From positions 1 through 56,566 of the forward strand of contig CAZRXS010000001.1 of assembly GCA_964604145.1 (NCBI GenBank): DNA of 56,566 bases, given 5' to 3'. The position numbers were made by a program, and so were the translations under genes. The notes beneath the pieces are model-generated. The model worked only from the letters and a program-made list of their open reading frames with translations, was not told the DNA's origin and searched no databases. The stretch comes from an uncultured Gudongella sp. (GTDB lineage Bacteria > Bacillota > Clostridia > Tissierellales > Tissierellaceae). Below are positions 19,733 through 29,640 of this stretch, piece after piece; the stretch's first letter is position 1, and each line of letters opens with the position of its first letter.

Positions 19733-20614
19733 CTACTCTATATTTTGAATTTGTTCTCTAATTTTTTCTACTTCAGACTTTAAATCAACTACTGCATTTA
19801 CAATATCTGAATTACTAGATTTACTGCCAATGGTATTTATTTCTCTATTAAATTCTTGAATTAAAAAATCTAATTTTCTCCCTATAGCTGATGTTTGGTT
19901 TAGGATTTCTTTAAACTGATTTATATGACTCCTTAATCGAATTATCTCTTCATCAATGCTACTTTTATCAGAGATTATTGCAACTTCAAGGGCTAGCCTA
20001 TCATAATCTACAAAATTACTGTCAACCATAAGACTTTTTATTCTTTCATTCAACTTAACTCGATATTCTTCAACTACTAGAGGTGCTCTTAGTTCTACTC
20101 TATTTATTATAAGCTCAATTTCATCCAACTTTAACAACATATCATTTTTTAGTTGCGTCCCTTCATATTCTCGCATTTGGATTATATTAGTTAATGCATT
20201 TGCAAGAGCGCTTTGTAGTGTTTCCCAAGTCATATCCTCATCCAAATCTTTTTTTTCAGTTTTTATAACTTCAGGTATTTGAAGAATATTACTTAATCTT
20301 ACCTTATCATCTATTTTAAGCTCACTTATCAAATTATCTAATTCTTTCTTAAAGTTACTTGCAAGCGGTAAGTCTACTTTTACATCAATTGAAGATTGAT
20401 TAATAAAATCAAGATTTATAAATACATCTATTTTCCCCCTATTAAGGTCTTTTTTTATTGTTTTCTTTATTTTCTCTTCTAGATAAATTAGATAACGGGG
20501 TGATTTTATATTTATATCTAAATATCTATGATTTACTGATTTTATCTCAATCTTTAATCTAAATAAATTATTCTCAGCTTCGCCTTTCCCATAACCGGTC
20601 ATACTTTTTACCAT
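19733..20614 (-). CDS. yloC: YicC/YloC family endoribonuclease
   Basis: MVKSMTGYG, SVNHRYLD, GRKLDFLIQEFNREINTIGSK and IREQIQNIE motifs. Confidence 0.95.
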   Translation of the reverse strand: MVKSMTGYGKGEAENNLFRLKIEIKSVNHRYLDINIKSPRYLIYLEEKIKKTIKKDLNRGKIDVFINLDFINQSSIDVKVDLPLASNFKKELDNLISELKIDDKVRLSNILQIPEVIKTEKKDLDEDMTWETLQSALANALTNIIQMREYEGTQLKNDMLLKLDEIELIINRVELRAPLVVEEYRVKLNERIKSLMVDSNFVDYDRLALEVAIISDKSSIDEEIIRLRSHINQFKEILNQTSAIGRKLDFLIQEFNREINTIGSKSSNSDIVNAVVDLKSEVEKIREQIQNIE

Positions 20615-20772
20615 ATATATCACTCCCAGTTTTAATATACAATTATACATCTATTTCAGAATATTACCATCCTTTGTTACAAATTGTTAATAAGTGTTTA
20701 AAACACCTATTATTCTCACATTTTGCTTTGTGGTATAATAAGATAGAATAATAATTTATTAGGAGGTAAAAC

Positions 20773-22548
20773 ATGTCTTATGATGGCATTACTACAAGAT
20801 CAGTTGTCCATGAATTGTCTTCTCTTTTAATAGGAGGTCGTATAGATAAAATTTATCAACAAGAAAAAGATGAACTATTAATTCAAATTTATAACAATGC
20901 GAAAAACTATAAACTTCTTTTATCGGCTAGCAGTAATAATCCAAGATTGTATCTAACAAAAGAATCAAAAAAAAATCCATTATCACCACCTATGTTTTGT
21001 ATGTTACTAAGAAAGCACATAAATAGTTCAATTATTTTAGATATAAAACAATATAAAATGGATAGGGTGGTCGTCATTACATTAACTGGATTTGATGAAC
21101 TAGGCAATAAAAAAAATAGAGAGTTAATTATTGAAATAATGGGTAAGCACAGCAATATTATTTTAGTTGACAAAGAATCTAATATAATATTGGATTCTAT
21201 AAAAAGAGTTCCGCTTAGTATTTCTAGAGTTAGACAAATACTACCTGGACTCCAATATTCTTTTATCGATATAGATGAAAAATCTAATCCTTTGGAATTA
21301 AATTTAAAAAAGTTTATATCTAATTTTGAACAAGCAAATAAAAACCAAAGCTTACTTAAATTTTTATATGGATCTTATATGGGCTTAAGTCCCTTGATAA
21401 GTAGGGAAATTTGTTTTTTAGCAAATTTAGAGCCAAGTAGAACAATTATGAGTACAGATAAAGATACTATTTTAAAATTATATAATTCCCTTAATATTAT
21501 TATGACTAGGGTAAATAATCATAAATATGAACCTATGTATATCTCAAATATAGATACTGGAGAAATAATTGCCTTTTATCCCTTCCCCCTAAAACAATAT
21601 GGAGAAATCTCTTTTACCAAATTATTCAGCATTTCAGAGCTCTTAGATTATGTTTATTCTAAAAGAGATACTTTCGATAGGGTAACGCAAAAATCTGCTC
21701 ATTTTAAAAAAGTCTTAATTAATAGACTAGAAAGAGCTAAGAAAAAATTAGCAAAGCAAAAAGAGGATTTATTAAAGAGTAAAGACAGAGAAAAATATAA
21801 AATATATGCTGATTTATTACAATCTAACCTTCACAAGATACCAAAAGGAGAAAGTGAAGCTCTATTAGAAAATTATTATGATGAAAATTTAAAAAATCTT
21901 TTAATTCCACTGGATAATAGAATCTCTCCAGCTCAGAATGCTCAAAATTATTATAAAAAATATGCGAAATTAAAAACTGCAAATAGACTGTTGGAAAAAC
22001 AAATACCAGAAACACAATTTGAAATAGATTATATTGAGCATGCGATTATGAGTATAGAAAATTCTACTAATGTTGAAGACCTTGAAGAAATAAAAGAAGA
22101 ACTCGTAGCAAGTGGCTATATAAAGATAAAAAATAAATCTCGAAAAAAACCGAAAAAAAAGACTCCCAAAGCACTTCAGTTTATATCTTCAGATAATTTC
22201 AATATATATGTTGGAAAAAACAGCAAACAAAATGAATTTCTAACTATGAAAATGGCAAAAAAAGAAGATCTATGGTTTCATACAAAGGGGATACCAGGAA
22301 GCCATGTTATCGTAAAAACTGAAGGCAAAGAAGTTCCTGAACAAACTATGATAGAAGCAAGTATTTTAGCTGCTTATTATAGTAGCGGTCGAAATTCTTC
22401 TTCTGTTGAGGTTGATTATACAGAAAAAAAACATGTTAGAAAACCTAAAAAGGCTAAAACTGGCATGGTTATATATGAAAATCAAAAAACCTTAATGGTT
22501 AATCCTCAGTTATTAAAATCTCAAAATATCACAAAGGTAGAAGATTAA
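20773..22548 (+). CDS. rqcH: Ribosome quality control protein RqcH (NFACT/FbpA)
   Basis: MSYDG, PPMFCMLLRKH, EIMGKHSNIIL, coiled coil, VGKN..QN and WFHTKGIPGSHV motifs. Confidence 0.93.
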   Translation: MSYDGITTRSVVHELSSLLIGGRIDKIYQQEKDELLIQIYNNAKNYKLLLSASSNNPRLYLTKESKKNPLSPPMFCMLLRKHINSSIILDIKQYKMDRVVVITLTGFDELGNKKNRELIIEIMGKHSNIILVDKESNIILDSIKRVPLSISRVRQILPGLQYSFIDIDEKSNPLELNLKKFISNFEQANKNQSLLKFLYGSYMGLSPLISREICFLANLEPSRTIMSTDKDTILKLYNSLNIIMTRVNNHKYEPMYISNIDTGEIIAFYPFPLKQYGEISFTKLFSISELLDYVYSKRDTFDRVTQKSAHFKKVLINRLERAKKKLAKQKEDLLKSKDREKYKIYADLLQSNLHKIPKGESEALLENYYDENLKNLLIPLDNRISPAQNAQNYYKKYAKLKTANRLLEKQIPETQFEIDYIEHAIMSIENSTNVEDLEEIKEELVASGYIKIKNKSRKKPKKKTPKALQFISSDNFNIYVGKNSKQNEFLTMKMAKKEDLWFHTKGIPGSHVIVKTEGKEVPEQTMIEASILAAYYSSGRNSSSVEVDYTEKKHVRKPKKAKTGMVIYENQKTLMVNPQLLKSQNITKVED

Positions 22549-22566
22549 ATCCATCTTCTACCTTTG
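22532..22566. terminator. Terminator between convergent rqcH and rluD
   Basis: AAAGGTAGAAGAT...ATCTTCTACCTTT inverted repeat overlapping the rqcH stop. Confidence 0.75.
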
Positions 22567-22585
22567 CTTTATTGCTACTTGATCT

Positions 22586-23512
22586 TTAAAACTCATCAGA
22601 GAACTCCTTTTCGAGTTTTTCTAAAACATTCTTAAAGTAACTTGGTAAATCACATTCAAATTTCATTTCAATGTCTGTAACTGGATGAGTAAATATTAAT
22701 CTTTTAGAATGAAGTAACTGCTTCTTTATTTTAAATTCATTATTTATCTTAGAATAAATGGGGTCTCCAACTATTGGATGGTTCATATTAGAAAAATGAA
22801 CTCTTATTTGGTGTGTCCTTCCTGTTTCAAGTTTAACTGAAACCAGCGTATATTTATTATAACGTTTTAAGACTTTATAATGGGTAATAGCATCTTTGCT
22901 ATTTTTGTAAATAACTGCCATTTTTTTGCGATCTCTTAAATTTCTACCTATTGGTGCATCAATTGTGCCAATATCTTTTTTTAAATTAAAATGAACCAGC
23001 GCAATATACTCCCGTTGAACTAAATGAGCTTTTAACTGCTCTGATAGGCCTCTGTGTGCCATATCATTTTTAGCAACAACTAGTAGGCCTGATGTATCTT
23101 TATCAAGTCTATGCACTATACCTGGCCTTATAACGCCATTTATAGACGATAGCTTGTCTAGATGAAATAAAAGTGCATTAACCAGCGTTTTATCATAGTT
23201 TCCTGGAGCTGGATGAACAACCATACCCTGGGGTTTATTAATCACAGCTAGGTGCTGATCCTCATATACTATGTCTATAGGTATATTTTGTGGAATTAAT
23301 TCTAATTCCTTAGCTTTTGGAAAACTTATTAAAATTTGATCTCCTTCTTTAACAAAATAACTAGCTTTTTTAAGTTTATTATTTACAAAAATTCTTTCTT
23401 CTTCAATTAATTTTTTTATATAACTTCTTGATACTTCATTAAGTTCAGAAGCAAGGTAAGAATCTAATCTCTCGTTATCTTCCTCGTCTACATAAATATA
23501 TATATCTTCCAT
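22586..23512 (-). CDS. rluD: RluA/RluD family pseudouridine synthase
   Basis: S4 domain; NKPQGMVVHP, HRLDKDTSG and LETGRTHQIRVH motifs. Confidence 0.92.
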   Translation of the reverse strand: MEDIYIYVDEEDNERLDSYLASELNEVSRSYIKKLIEEERIFVNNKLKKASYFVKEGDQILISFPKAKELELIPQNIPIDIVYEDQHLAVINKPQGMVVHPAPGNYDKTLVNALLFHLDKLSSINGVIRPGIVHRLDKDTSGLLVVAKNDMAHRGLSEQLKAHLVQREYIALVHFNLKKDIGTIDAPIGRNLRDRKKMAVIYKNSKDAITHYKVLKRYNKYTLVSVKLETGRTHQIRVHFSNMNHPIVGDPIYSKINNEFKIKKQLLHSKRLIFTHPVTDIEMKFECDLPSYFKNVLEKLEKEFSDEF

Positions 23513-23514
23513 AT

Positions 23515-23982
23515 CTAAATCCCCTGCTTTACTTCATGTTTATCAAAGAGTATTAAAAGAATTAATAGTATTGTCCCTGTAACGATAAATATATCTGCTA
23601 TATTGAAAACAGGAAAATCGTATAACCGGCCTAAGTCTACTTTAATAAAATCTACTACATAACTTAACCTAATGCGATCAATAAGATTACCAGCAGCTCC
23701 TCCTAACAAGGCTCCCAATGAAATTTTAGTTAATATATGTAAATTATATTTGTTTTTTATTATAAATATTATAATAGCTGAGAGAACGAATATCGTTATA
23801 ATAATAAAAAACCAACGTCTATTTTGCATTATACCAAAGGCTGCACCATAGTTTTTAACAAAATGTAATTCTATTAAATCGTCTATTAGAATTATTGGTC
23901 TTTTATCCATTAAAAATTTAACAGCTAAATACTTAGTTAGCTGATCAGCAATTACTATTAAAATGCTTATTATAAAGCTCAA
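23515..23982 (-). CDS. lspA: Lipoprotein signal peptidase II
   Basis: DQLTK, NYGAAFG, GNLIDR, VVDFI and FNIAD motifs. Confidence 0.96.
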   Translation of the reverse strand: MSFIISILIVIADQLTKYLAVKFLMDKRPIILIDDLIELHFVKNYGAAFGIMQNRRWFFIIITIFVLSAIIIFIIKNKYNLHILTKISLGALLGGAAGNLIDRIRLSYVVDFIKVDLGRLYDFPVFNIADIFIVTGTILLILLILFDKHEVKQGI

Positions 23983-24000
23983 ATGCTTTCCTCCTAGCCT

Positions 24001-24026
24001 AAAATAAAAGGAGCTTATGCTCCTAT
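24001..24026 (-). terminator. Probable terminator after divIVA
   Basis: Minus strand AGGAGC-ATAA-GCTCCT-TTTATTTT. Confidence 0.6.
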
Positions 24027-24048
24027 CTTATAATTCTTAAGTATGCCG

Positions 24049-24540
24049 TTATTCTTGTTTTGTTTTATTCTCAATCAATAGTCCTTTTTCTATTTCTAAA
24101 TAAAATTCATCTAAGCTAGTTAATTGAGATTGTAGGAAAGAACTAAATCTTGTCTTAAATATATAGAGTTCTTTTTTTAGAAATTCATATTCTTCTTGAA
24201 TATGTTTTACATCTTCTTTCCTTTTTTCTACTATTTTTTGGCCTTTTTCCTCTGCAGTGTCAATAATTATTTCAGCTTTATTTCTTGCATTCAAAGTCAA
24301 TTCATCAGCTGATTTTTGAGCTACTAAAAGAGTGGTCTTAAGGGTCTCTTCTAATGTTTTAAACTGATTTAATTGGTCTGTTAAGAACTTTATCTTTTCC
24401 TTATGGTTTATATTCTCTTTATACATTGCTTCGTAATCTTCAATCATCTCTTGTAAGAAAAGATTAACTTCTGTTTGATTAAATCCATTAAATGATTTCT
24501 TGAAATTCTTATTTTGGATGTCCAATGGCGTTAGCATCAT
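24049..24540 (-). CDS. divIVA: DivIVA cell division protein
   Basis: LTPLDIQNKNFKKSFNGF..EV..FL N-terminus, coiled coil and TLLVAQ; follows ylmH. Confidence 0.9.
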   Translation of the reverse strand: MMLTPLDIQNKNFKKSFNGFNQTEVNLFLQEMIEDYEAMYKENINHKEKIKFLTDQLNQFKTLEETLKTTLLVAQKSADELTLNARNKAEIIIDTAEEKGQKIVEKRKEDVKHIQEEYEFLKKELYIFKTRFSSFLQSQLTSLDEFYLEIEKGLLIENKTKQE

Positions 24541-24549
24541 ATCACTCCA

Positions 24550-25329
24550 TTATTTAAGTTTTCTTATTGTCAATATATTATTCCCTTTTTTGCTCTGTCC
24601 TTTAAATAATACTATTTTCGATCTTCCAAGACCTCTTAAAGAAATTATATCGTTTTCACATAATATTTTTGTAGGTCTTGTTATATGTTCCCAATTGACT
24701 TTTACTTCATTAGATTTAATTTTCTTAAGGCTTTCGCTTCTTGAAATATTATAAATAGAACTTAGCACATTGTCTAATCTTAATGAAGATGTATATATTT
24801 GAAATTCTTCAAAGTCTTCTATAATTGATTTTATCGGTTTTTGATCTGCTTTACGAATACTGATGGAGTAATTACCTATTTGAGTTAAGTTTATTAAAAT
24901 AAAATTTACAATGTCTTTTTTCACTATGAAAATTGTTATACCATCATATAATAGTATATCTCCTACTTTTTCTCTTACTATGCCTAAAGATAGAATTGAA
25001 CCTAGGTAATCTCTATGGCTCAGGCCTTCAAACCTATCTGTTTCTAGGTATCCAATCTTAGAATCTAAATCAGTAAAGCTCATATACTCAGGAAATATAT
25101 AAATTATCTTTCTTTCAGCTTCCTTTAGCCCACCAAATTCTACATAAGCTATTGTGTCAATTTGCTTTAGGATAGATTTACTTAAACTAATTTCATAAGG
25201 GTCCAAGAAATCTGTCACTTCTACCGTATGACTTTTCAAAACTATCCTTATTTTATCAATAAGTTTTTTCATTTTTAATTTAGTGTCTATATTTTCAATA
25301 AAATCTAAATTAAAATCTAAGTCGTCCAT
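24550..25329 (-). CDS. ylmH: YlmH S4-domain RNA-binding protein
   Basis: TDFLDP, HRDYLGSILSLGI.REKVGDI, SSLRLD and DIISLRGLGR motifs. Confidence 0.9.
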   Translation of the reverse strand: MDDLDFNLDFIENIDTKLKMKKLIDKIRIVLKSHTVEVTDFLDPYEISLSKSILKQIDTIAYVEFGGLKEAERKIIYIFPEYMSFTDLDSKIGYLETDRFEGLSHRDYLGSILSLGIVREKVGDILLYDGITIFIVKKDIVNFILINLTQIGNYSISIRKADQKPIKSIIEDFEEFQIYTSSLRLDNVLSSIYNISRSESLKKIKSNEVKVNWEHITRPTKILCENDIISLRGLGRSKIVLFKGQSKKGNNILTIRKLK

Positions 25330-25333
25330 ATTA

Positions 25334-25600
25334 TTAACCTAAAGTCCTAATAATAATAGAATAAAAAATTCTTAAAAATATTATAGCAAGCCAAGGTGAA
25401 AAATCTATAAAACCTCTGCCCAAACCAAATTTATCTAATAATGATCTTGCCGGGGATAATATTGGTTCAGTTAGTTCAAAAAGTACTTTACCAAAGACAT
25501 TGTCCATTGGTACTCTAAATATATTTGTGAAAATTCTAATTATAATCAGGATTTCTATTAAGTCAACTAATATTCCAACGGATCTTAATAATGTATACAT
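25334..25600 (-). CDS. ylmG: YggT/YlmG membrane protein
   Basis: LTEPILSP and IDFSP motifs; hydrophobic 88 aa. Confidence 0.88.
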   Translation of the reverse strand: MYTLLRSVGILVDLIEILIIIRIFTNIFRVPMDNVFGKVLFELTEPILSPARSLLDKFGLGRGFIDFSPWLAIIFLRIFYSIIIRTLG

Positions 25601-25610
25601 TTATGTCTCC

Positions 25611-26039
25611 TTACCAAGGGAATATTCCCCTGTTTTTTAATTCATCCTTTAAACCATCTATTTCTACATTTAAAGGTGCAAGAATAAAAATATCTCTTGT
25701 TACTTTTTGAATTTTACCTTCTACAGCATACAGTCCCCCGTTTATAAAGTCGAAGATTTGTCGTTTTACGATTGTATCTAATTGTTCAAAGTTGACAACA
25801 ACTGCTTTTTTCAGTTTAAGATCATCTATAATAGCAGGAGCTTCTTCATAACTTAATGGCTCATGAACCACTATCTTCATATTACTATTGGTGTGTAAAT
25901 TTACGACTTTACCACCAATTTTTTTGCTACTTATTGGCGGTTCAATTGTATCAAATGAGTCATCCTCGTCAACTGTATACTCTTCCTCATAATCATCAAT
26001 TCCAATAAAATACTTAAACTTGTTAAATAAATCACCCAT
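25611..26039 (-). CDS. sepF: Cell division protein SepF
   Basis: EP.SYEEA, VVVNFE, IFDFINGGLYAVEG.IQKV and IFILAP motifs. Confidence 0.93.
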   Translation of the reverse strand: MGDLFNKFKYFIGIDDYEEEYTVDEDDSFDTIEPPISSKKIGGKVVNLHTNSNMKIVVHEPLSYEEAPAIIDDLKLKKAVVVNFEQLDTIVKRQIFDFINGGLYAVEGKIQKVTRDIFILAPLNVEIDGLKDELKNRGIFPW

Positions 26040-26051
26040 AATTAACCTCCT

Positions 26052-26753
26052 TTAATAATTTCTTTTTCCAAATATCGCAGTGCCAATCCTAACCATATTC
26101 GAGCCTTCTTCTATTGCAATTTTATAGTCATTTGTCATGCCCATAGATAAAAATTCCATATCTAATTCCTTGTAATTTTTTGATTTAATTTTTTCGTTTA
26201 ATTCATATAACCCACTAAAGGATTGTCTTATTATCTTCTCTTCTTGTGTAAATGGAGCAATTGTCATTAAGCCTTTAACTTTTACATAAGGATATTGGAG
26301 CAGTTTCTCAATAAAGGGAATTGCCTCTTCTTTTTTTATCCCAAATTTTGATTTTTCTTCTGATATATTAACTTGTATTAGACAATCAATTGTCCTATTT
26401 ATTCGCTTTGCTCTTTTGTTTATTTCTTTGGCAAGAGATAGCCTATCTAAAGAATGGATTAAATGAATATCTTCAACTATATACTTAACTTTATTGCTTT
26501 GTAAATAGCCAATCATATGATAGTAAGGTCTGTCTTTAAGTAGATCCATTTTTTTTAATAATTCTTGGACTTTGTTTTCTCCAATATCTAGCATTCCATT
26601 ATTTAAAGCCTGTTCAATAATTGGTACAGATATTGTCTTTGTAACAGCTATTATCTTCACATCACCCTTTCTGCCAGAGCTAATAATTGCCTGGTCTATA
26701 TTTTCTTTTATGATTTTAATATTATCAGCTATACTAATTTTCACTACCTCCAT
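26052..26753 (-). CDS. yggS: PLP homeostasis protein YggS/YlmE
   Basis: IAVTK, GENKVQE, HMIGYLQSNK, GLMT, LSMGMTND and VRIGTAIFG motifs; exact start uncertain. Confidence 0.94.
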   Translation of the reverse strand: MEVVKISIADNIKIIKENIDQAIISSGRKGDVKIIAVTKTISVPIIEQALNNGMLDIGENKVQELLKKMDLLKDRPYYHMIGYLQSNKVKYIVEDIHLIHSLDRLSLAKEINKRAKRINRTIDCLIQVNISEEKSKFGIKKEEAIPFIEKLLQYPYVKVKGLMTIAPFTQEEKIIRQSFSGLYELNEKIKSKNYKELDMEFLSMGMTNDYKIAIEEGSNMVRIGTAIFGKRNY

Positions 26754-28018
26754 TAATTTAGAATTTGTCCATCTGTTACAAGATTAGCTTTCATTATTAT
26801 TTCTGAAAACTCGTTAATAGTCTTATAATATTTGTTTCCTAACTCTATTCTATTATTTGTATCTCCCTTACTAACATATGCAAAATCTTCATCTTTAGCA
26901 TTAATTACAATAGGTCTAAATACTACAACATCATAAAAAGACTTCACAAAAACACCTTGTTGATTGTTATTTGTAATAATTGATTCTAATGGAATTTTAA
27001 AAGAATCTTTTTTAAAAGTAACTATATCTAGATCAATAAATCTATACTTGTAGAAACTCTCTAAAAATTCATTGACTTTAAGTATAAAAATCTCTTCTGT
27101 GCCCTTGGAATATGATTGAATAACTGGAACTTTAAGATTAATTTTTTTATCGTCTGAATCAATTGTCTCAATTTCTAATTTATCTTTTCCACTTAATAAA
27201 GATGCTTCTACCTTAGGCAATTTTATGGCAATATAATACTCATGTCCATTTATTATTTTAAATACTGCTTTCTTATCATCTAGATTCTCTACGTTAGCAT
27301 TTATATCATGAGCAAAAATTCGCTCTGAAATATTATCAAGATCGGATAAATTTAGAACTTCTTCATAATAGTCAATATCATAAGATACAATCCCAGAATC
27401 CCTTGAAAACAATCTTTCATTGTAAGTAGATATCTGCTGCAAAAGCTGATTTTTCTTATCTATTAATTGTTTATTATTTAGTTTTTCTAAATCGTCTGTA
27501 TATTGCATATTGCTTTTATTATCTAAAACAAAAAGAAGTTTTCCTTTTAGGTTTTTTATACTACTGTATGTCCTATTTTGAATGTTTAACTGTATTTCAT
27601 TTATTAGAGTGTTCTCAATATCATCTTTACTACTTAGCTTTTCAGAAGTGCCAGAATCATTTATATCAATTTGATTAATTAGACTTTCTATTTTATCTAG
27701 TTCGCTTTTATAAGATGTCATATCTTTTAAAGATATTACTCGCGCAATTTCTATGCCAACAGGAACTCTTATTCCCTCATCAACTATCCCATAGACTTCG
27801 CCATTTGTTTCACTAAAATATAATCTTTCATTTTTTATTATAACACCTTGAGTAGGTAATATCTCTTTATATTCAAAATCTATAGGCAAAACTGTTGATA
27901 CATCTTTTGTTAATATTTTTGGGATATAATTTAGTAATAATAGAAAAAATAAAACCAACACTACAGAAATAATTATCTTACTTATGCCACGCTTGTTAGG
28001 TTTTTTCATTTTTATCAC
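26753..28018 (-). CDS. Membrane-anchored HlyD-like adaptor / coiled-coil protein
   Basis: N-terminal TM, barrel-sandwich-like halves (EGIRVPVG / SGIVSYDID) flanking a coiled coil, IPLESI...QQGVFV; typical clostridial gene upstream of yggS. Confidence 0.65.
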   Translation of the reverse strand: MIKMKKPNKRGISKIIISVVLVLFFLLLLNYIPKILTKDVSTVLPIDFEYKEILPTQGVIIKNERLYFSETNGEVYGIVDEGIRVPVGIEIARVISLKDMTSYKSELDKIESLINQIDINDSGTSEKLSSKDDIENTLINEIQLNIQNRTYSSIKNLKGKLLFVLDNKSNMQYTDDLEKLNNKQLIDKKNQLLQQISTYNERLFSRDSGIVSYDIDYYEEVLNLSDLDNISERIFAHDINANVENLDDKKAVFKIINGHEYYIAIKLPKVEASLLSGKDKLEIETIDSDDKKINLKVPVIQSYSKGTEEIFILKVNEFLESFYKYRFIDLDIVTFKKDSFKIPLESIITNNNQQGVFVKSFYDVVVFRPIVINAKDEDFAYVSKGDTNNRIELGNKYYKTINEFSEIIMKANLVTDGQILN

Positions 28019-28020
28019 AC

Positions 28021-28395
28021 CTAACTAAAGAATTTTCCATATTTGCTTTTTATTTTAAATCTATTTATACTTTCTATCTTTAGCTTAATTATTTCATTAG
28101 CATATGTGATTATCTTTATTGATTGCTCTTTTTTAACTGCACCCAATAAAATTCCTTTAAATTTTTCTTTTGATTTTGTTAAAATAGAAAGCTCATCGCC
28201 AGCTTTTAGCTTAGTGCCATCAAGAAAAAATTCTTGCATATCAGTATCTTCTATTTCTTCTTGACTTATAAATCTATTGTCAATATATATAATATTGTTC
28301 TTTAAATAAAATTTTTCTTTAAACACTACAAGTGTATAACCTAGAACACCAGCAAACAATACTACGCTTGTAAATACAATAATTAATTCAAACAT
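28021..28395 (-). CDS. Hypothetical membrane-anchored protein
   Basis: 124 aa, N-terminal TM, strong GGAGGGAGGGAG RBS; no family recognised. Confidence 0.7.
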   Translation of the reverse strand: MFELIIVFTSVVLFAGVLGYTLVVFKEKFYLKNNIIYIDNRFISQEEIEDTDMQEFFLDGTKLKAGDELSILTKSKEKFKGILLGAVKKEQSIKIITYANEIIKLKIESINRFKIKSKYGKFFS

Positions 28396-28462
28396 TTGCT
28401 AGCTCCCTCCCTCCGTATATAATAAATTTAGTATATCATAATATATTAGGTTTTAAAACTAC

Positions 28463-28491
28463 TTTACAAAATCAAATTTATCAGTTATAAT
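28463..28491 (+). promoter_or_regulatory. Sigma-A promoter for tRNA-Pro
   Basis: TTTACA-17 nt-TATAAT just upstream of the tRNA. Confidence 0.7.
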
Positions 28492-28502
28492 CGTCTTTGC
28501 AA

Positions 28503-28579
28503 CGGGGTGTAGCGCAGTTTGGTAGCGTACGAGTCTGGGGGACTCGGGGCCGTAGGTTCAAATCCTATCACTCCGACCA
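28503..28579 (+). tRNA. tRNA-Pro (GGG)
   Basis: Acceptor CGGGGTG/CACTCCG, anticodon arm CGAGT-CTGGGGG-ACTCG, GGTTCAAATCC T-arm, encoded CCA. Confidence 0.93.
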
Positions 28580-28622
28580 AAAAAGTGAGCTTGTGATCCA
28601 TATCACCAGCTCACTTTTTTTT
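28580..28622. terminator. Bidirectional terminator between tRNA-Pro and gpsA
   Basis: AAAAGTGAGCT...AGCTCACTTTTTT hairpin overlapping the gpsA stop codon. Confidence 0.8.
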
Positions 28623-29640
28623 GTGTTAAAATTAATTCCATTTCATGTTTTTTGGGTCTGCCCATTAGCCTGCTAACTGATTTTTTTACACTGTCTCCAT
28701 TATAAAGAACATTATATATTTCATTTGTTATGGGCATAATAATCTTAATCGTTTTAGCGAGCTTGTAAGTTGATTCTGTGGTTTTTATTCCTTCTACAAC
28801 CATCCCTATCTCTTTTATTGCATTATTAAGGCTATAACCCTTTCCAATTAATATTCCCGCTCTTCTGTTTCTACTATGCATACTTGTACAAGTAACTATT
28901 AAGTCCCCTATTCCGGATAGGCCCCAAAATGTATCAGGATCTGCTCCTAATTCTATACCAAGTTTCGACATTTCATATATTCCTCTTGTCATTAAAGCAG
29001 CTTTGGTATTGTCTCCATACCCTAACCCATCAGATATTCCAGCCCCTAATGCAATTATGTTTTTTAATGCCCCTCCAAGTTCTACACCAATTACATCTGG
29101 ATTTGTATAAACTCTAAAATGTGGACTTGTAAATAAATCTTGTATAAATTCTGCAATATGCTTATCATTAGAAGCTGAAACAACCGTAGTAGGTATCCCT
29201 AAGGCAACTTCTTCTGCATGTGATGGCCCTGATAATACACAAAATGGATTGTTAGGGTAGATCTCTTCAACAAGCTCAGAAATCCTCTTTAGAGACTCTG
29301 TTTCAATACCTTTTGATACATTAAGTATAATTTGCTTTTGTTTAATTTTATCTCCGATAAAAGTTAAAGTATTTCTCACACCCTGTGTAGGAATTGCAAG
29401 TATAATAATTTCTTTATCTAATATAGCTTCATCTATATCTGTAGTTATATTTATATTGTCATCTAACAAAACTCCTGGTAGATACTTTGTATTTATCCTA
29501 ACTTTTCTGATTTCATTTGCTTGTTCTTTGTTTCTTAGCCAAACATCTGTTTTAATCCCTTTACTGGCTAATAAGACTGCTAGGGCACTACCCCAACTTC
29601 CTCCTCCAATTACACCTACTTTACAATCCAATATTTTCAC
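28603..29640 (-). CDS. gpsA: NAD(P)H-dependent glycerol-3-phosphate dehydrogenase
   Basis: GGGSWG, SKGIE, SGPSHAEEV, ALKNIIA and GDLIVTC.S.HSRN motifs. Confidence 0.97.
   Translation of the reverse strand: MKILDCKVGVIGGGSWGSALAVLLASKGIKTDVWLRNKEQANEIRKVRINTKYLPGVLLDDNINITTDIDEAILDKEIIILAIPTQGVRNTLTFIGDKIKQKQIILNVSKGIETESLKRISELVEEIYPNNPFCVLSGPSHAEEVALGIPTTVVSASNDKHIAEFIQDLFTSPHFRVYTNPDVIGVELGGALKNIIALGAGISDGLGYGDNTKAALMTRGIYEMSKLGIELGADPDTFWGLSGIGDLIVTCTSMHSRNRRAGILIGKGYSLNNAIKEIGMVVEGIKTTESTYKLAKTIKIIMPITNEIYNVLYNGDSVKKSVSRLMGRPKKHEMELILTQKKVSW

Noticed and set aside
28503-28622. Lone tRNA-Pro as an integration site
   Set aside because: Its 3' end is followed immediately by a terminator and gpsA; no duplicated tRNA 3' fragment or integrase is present
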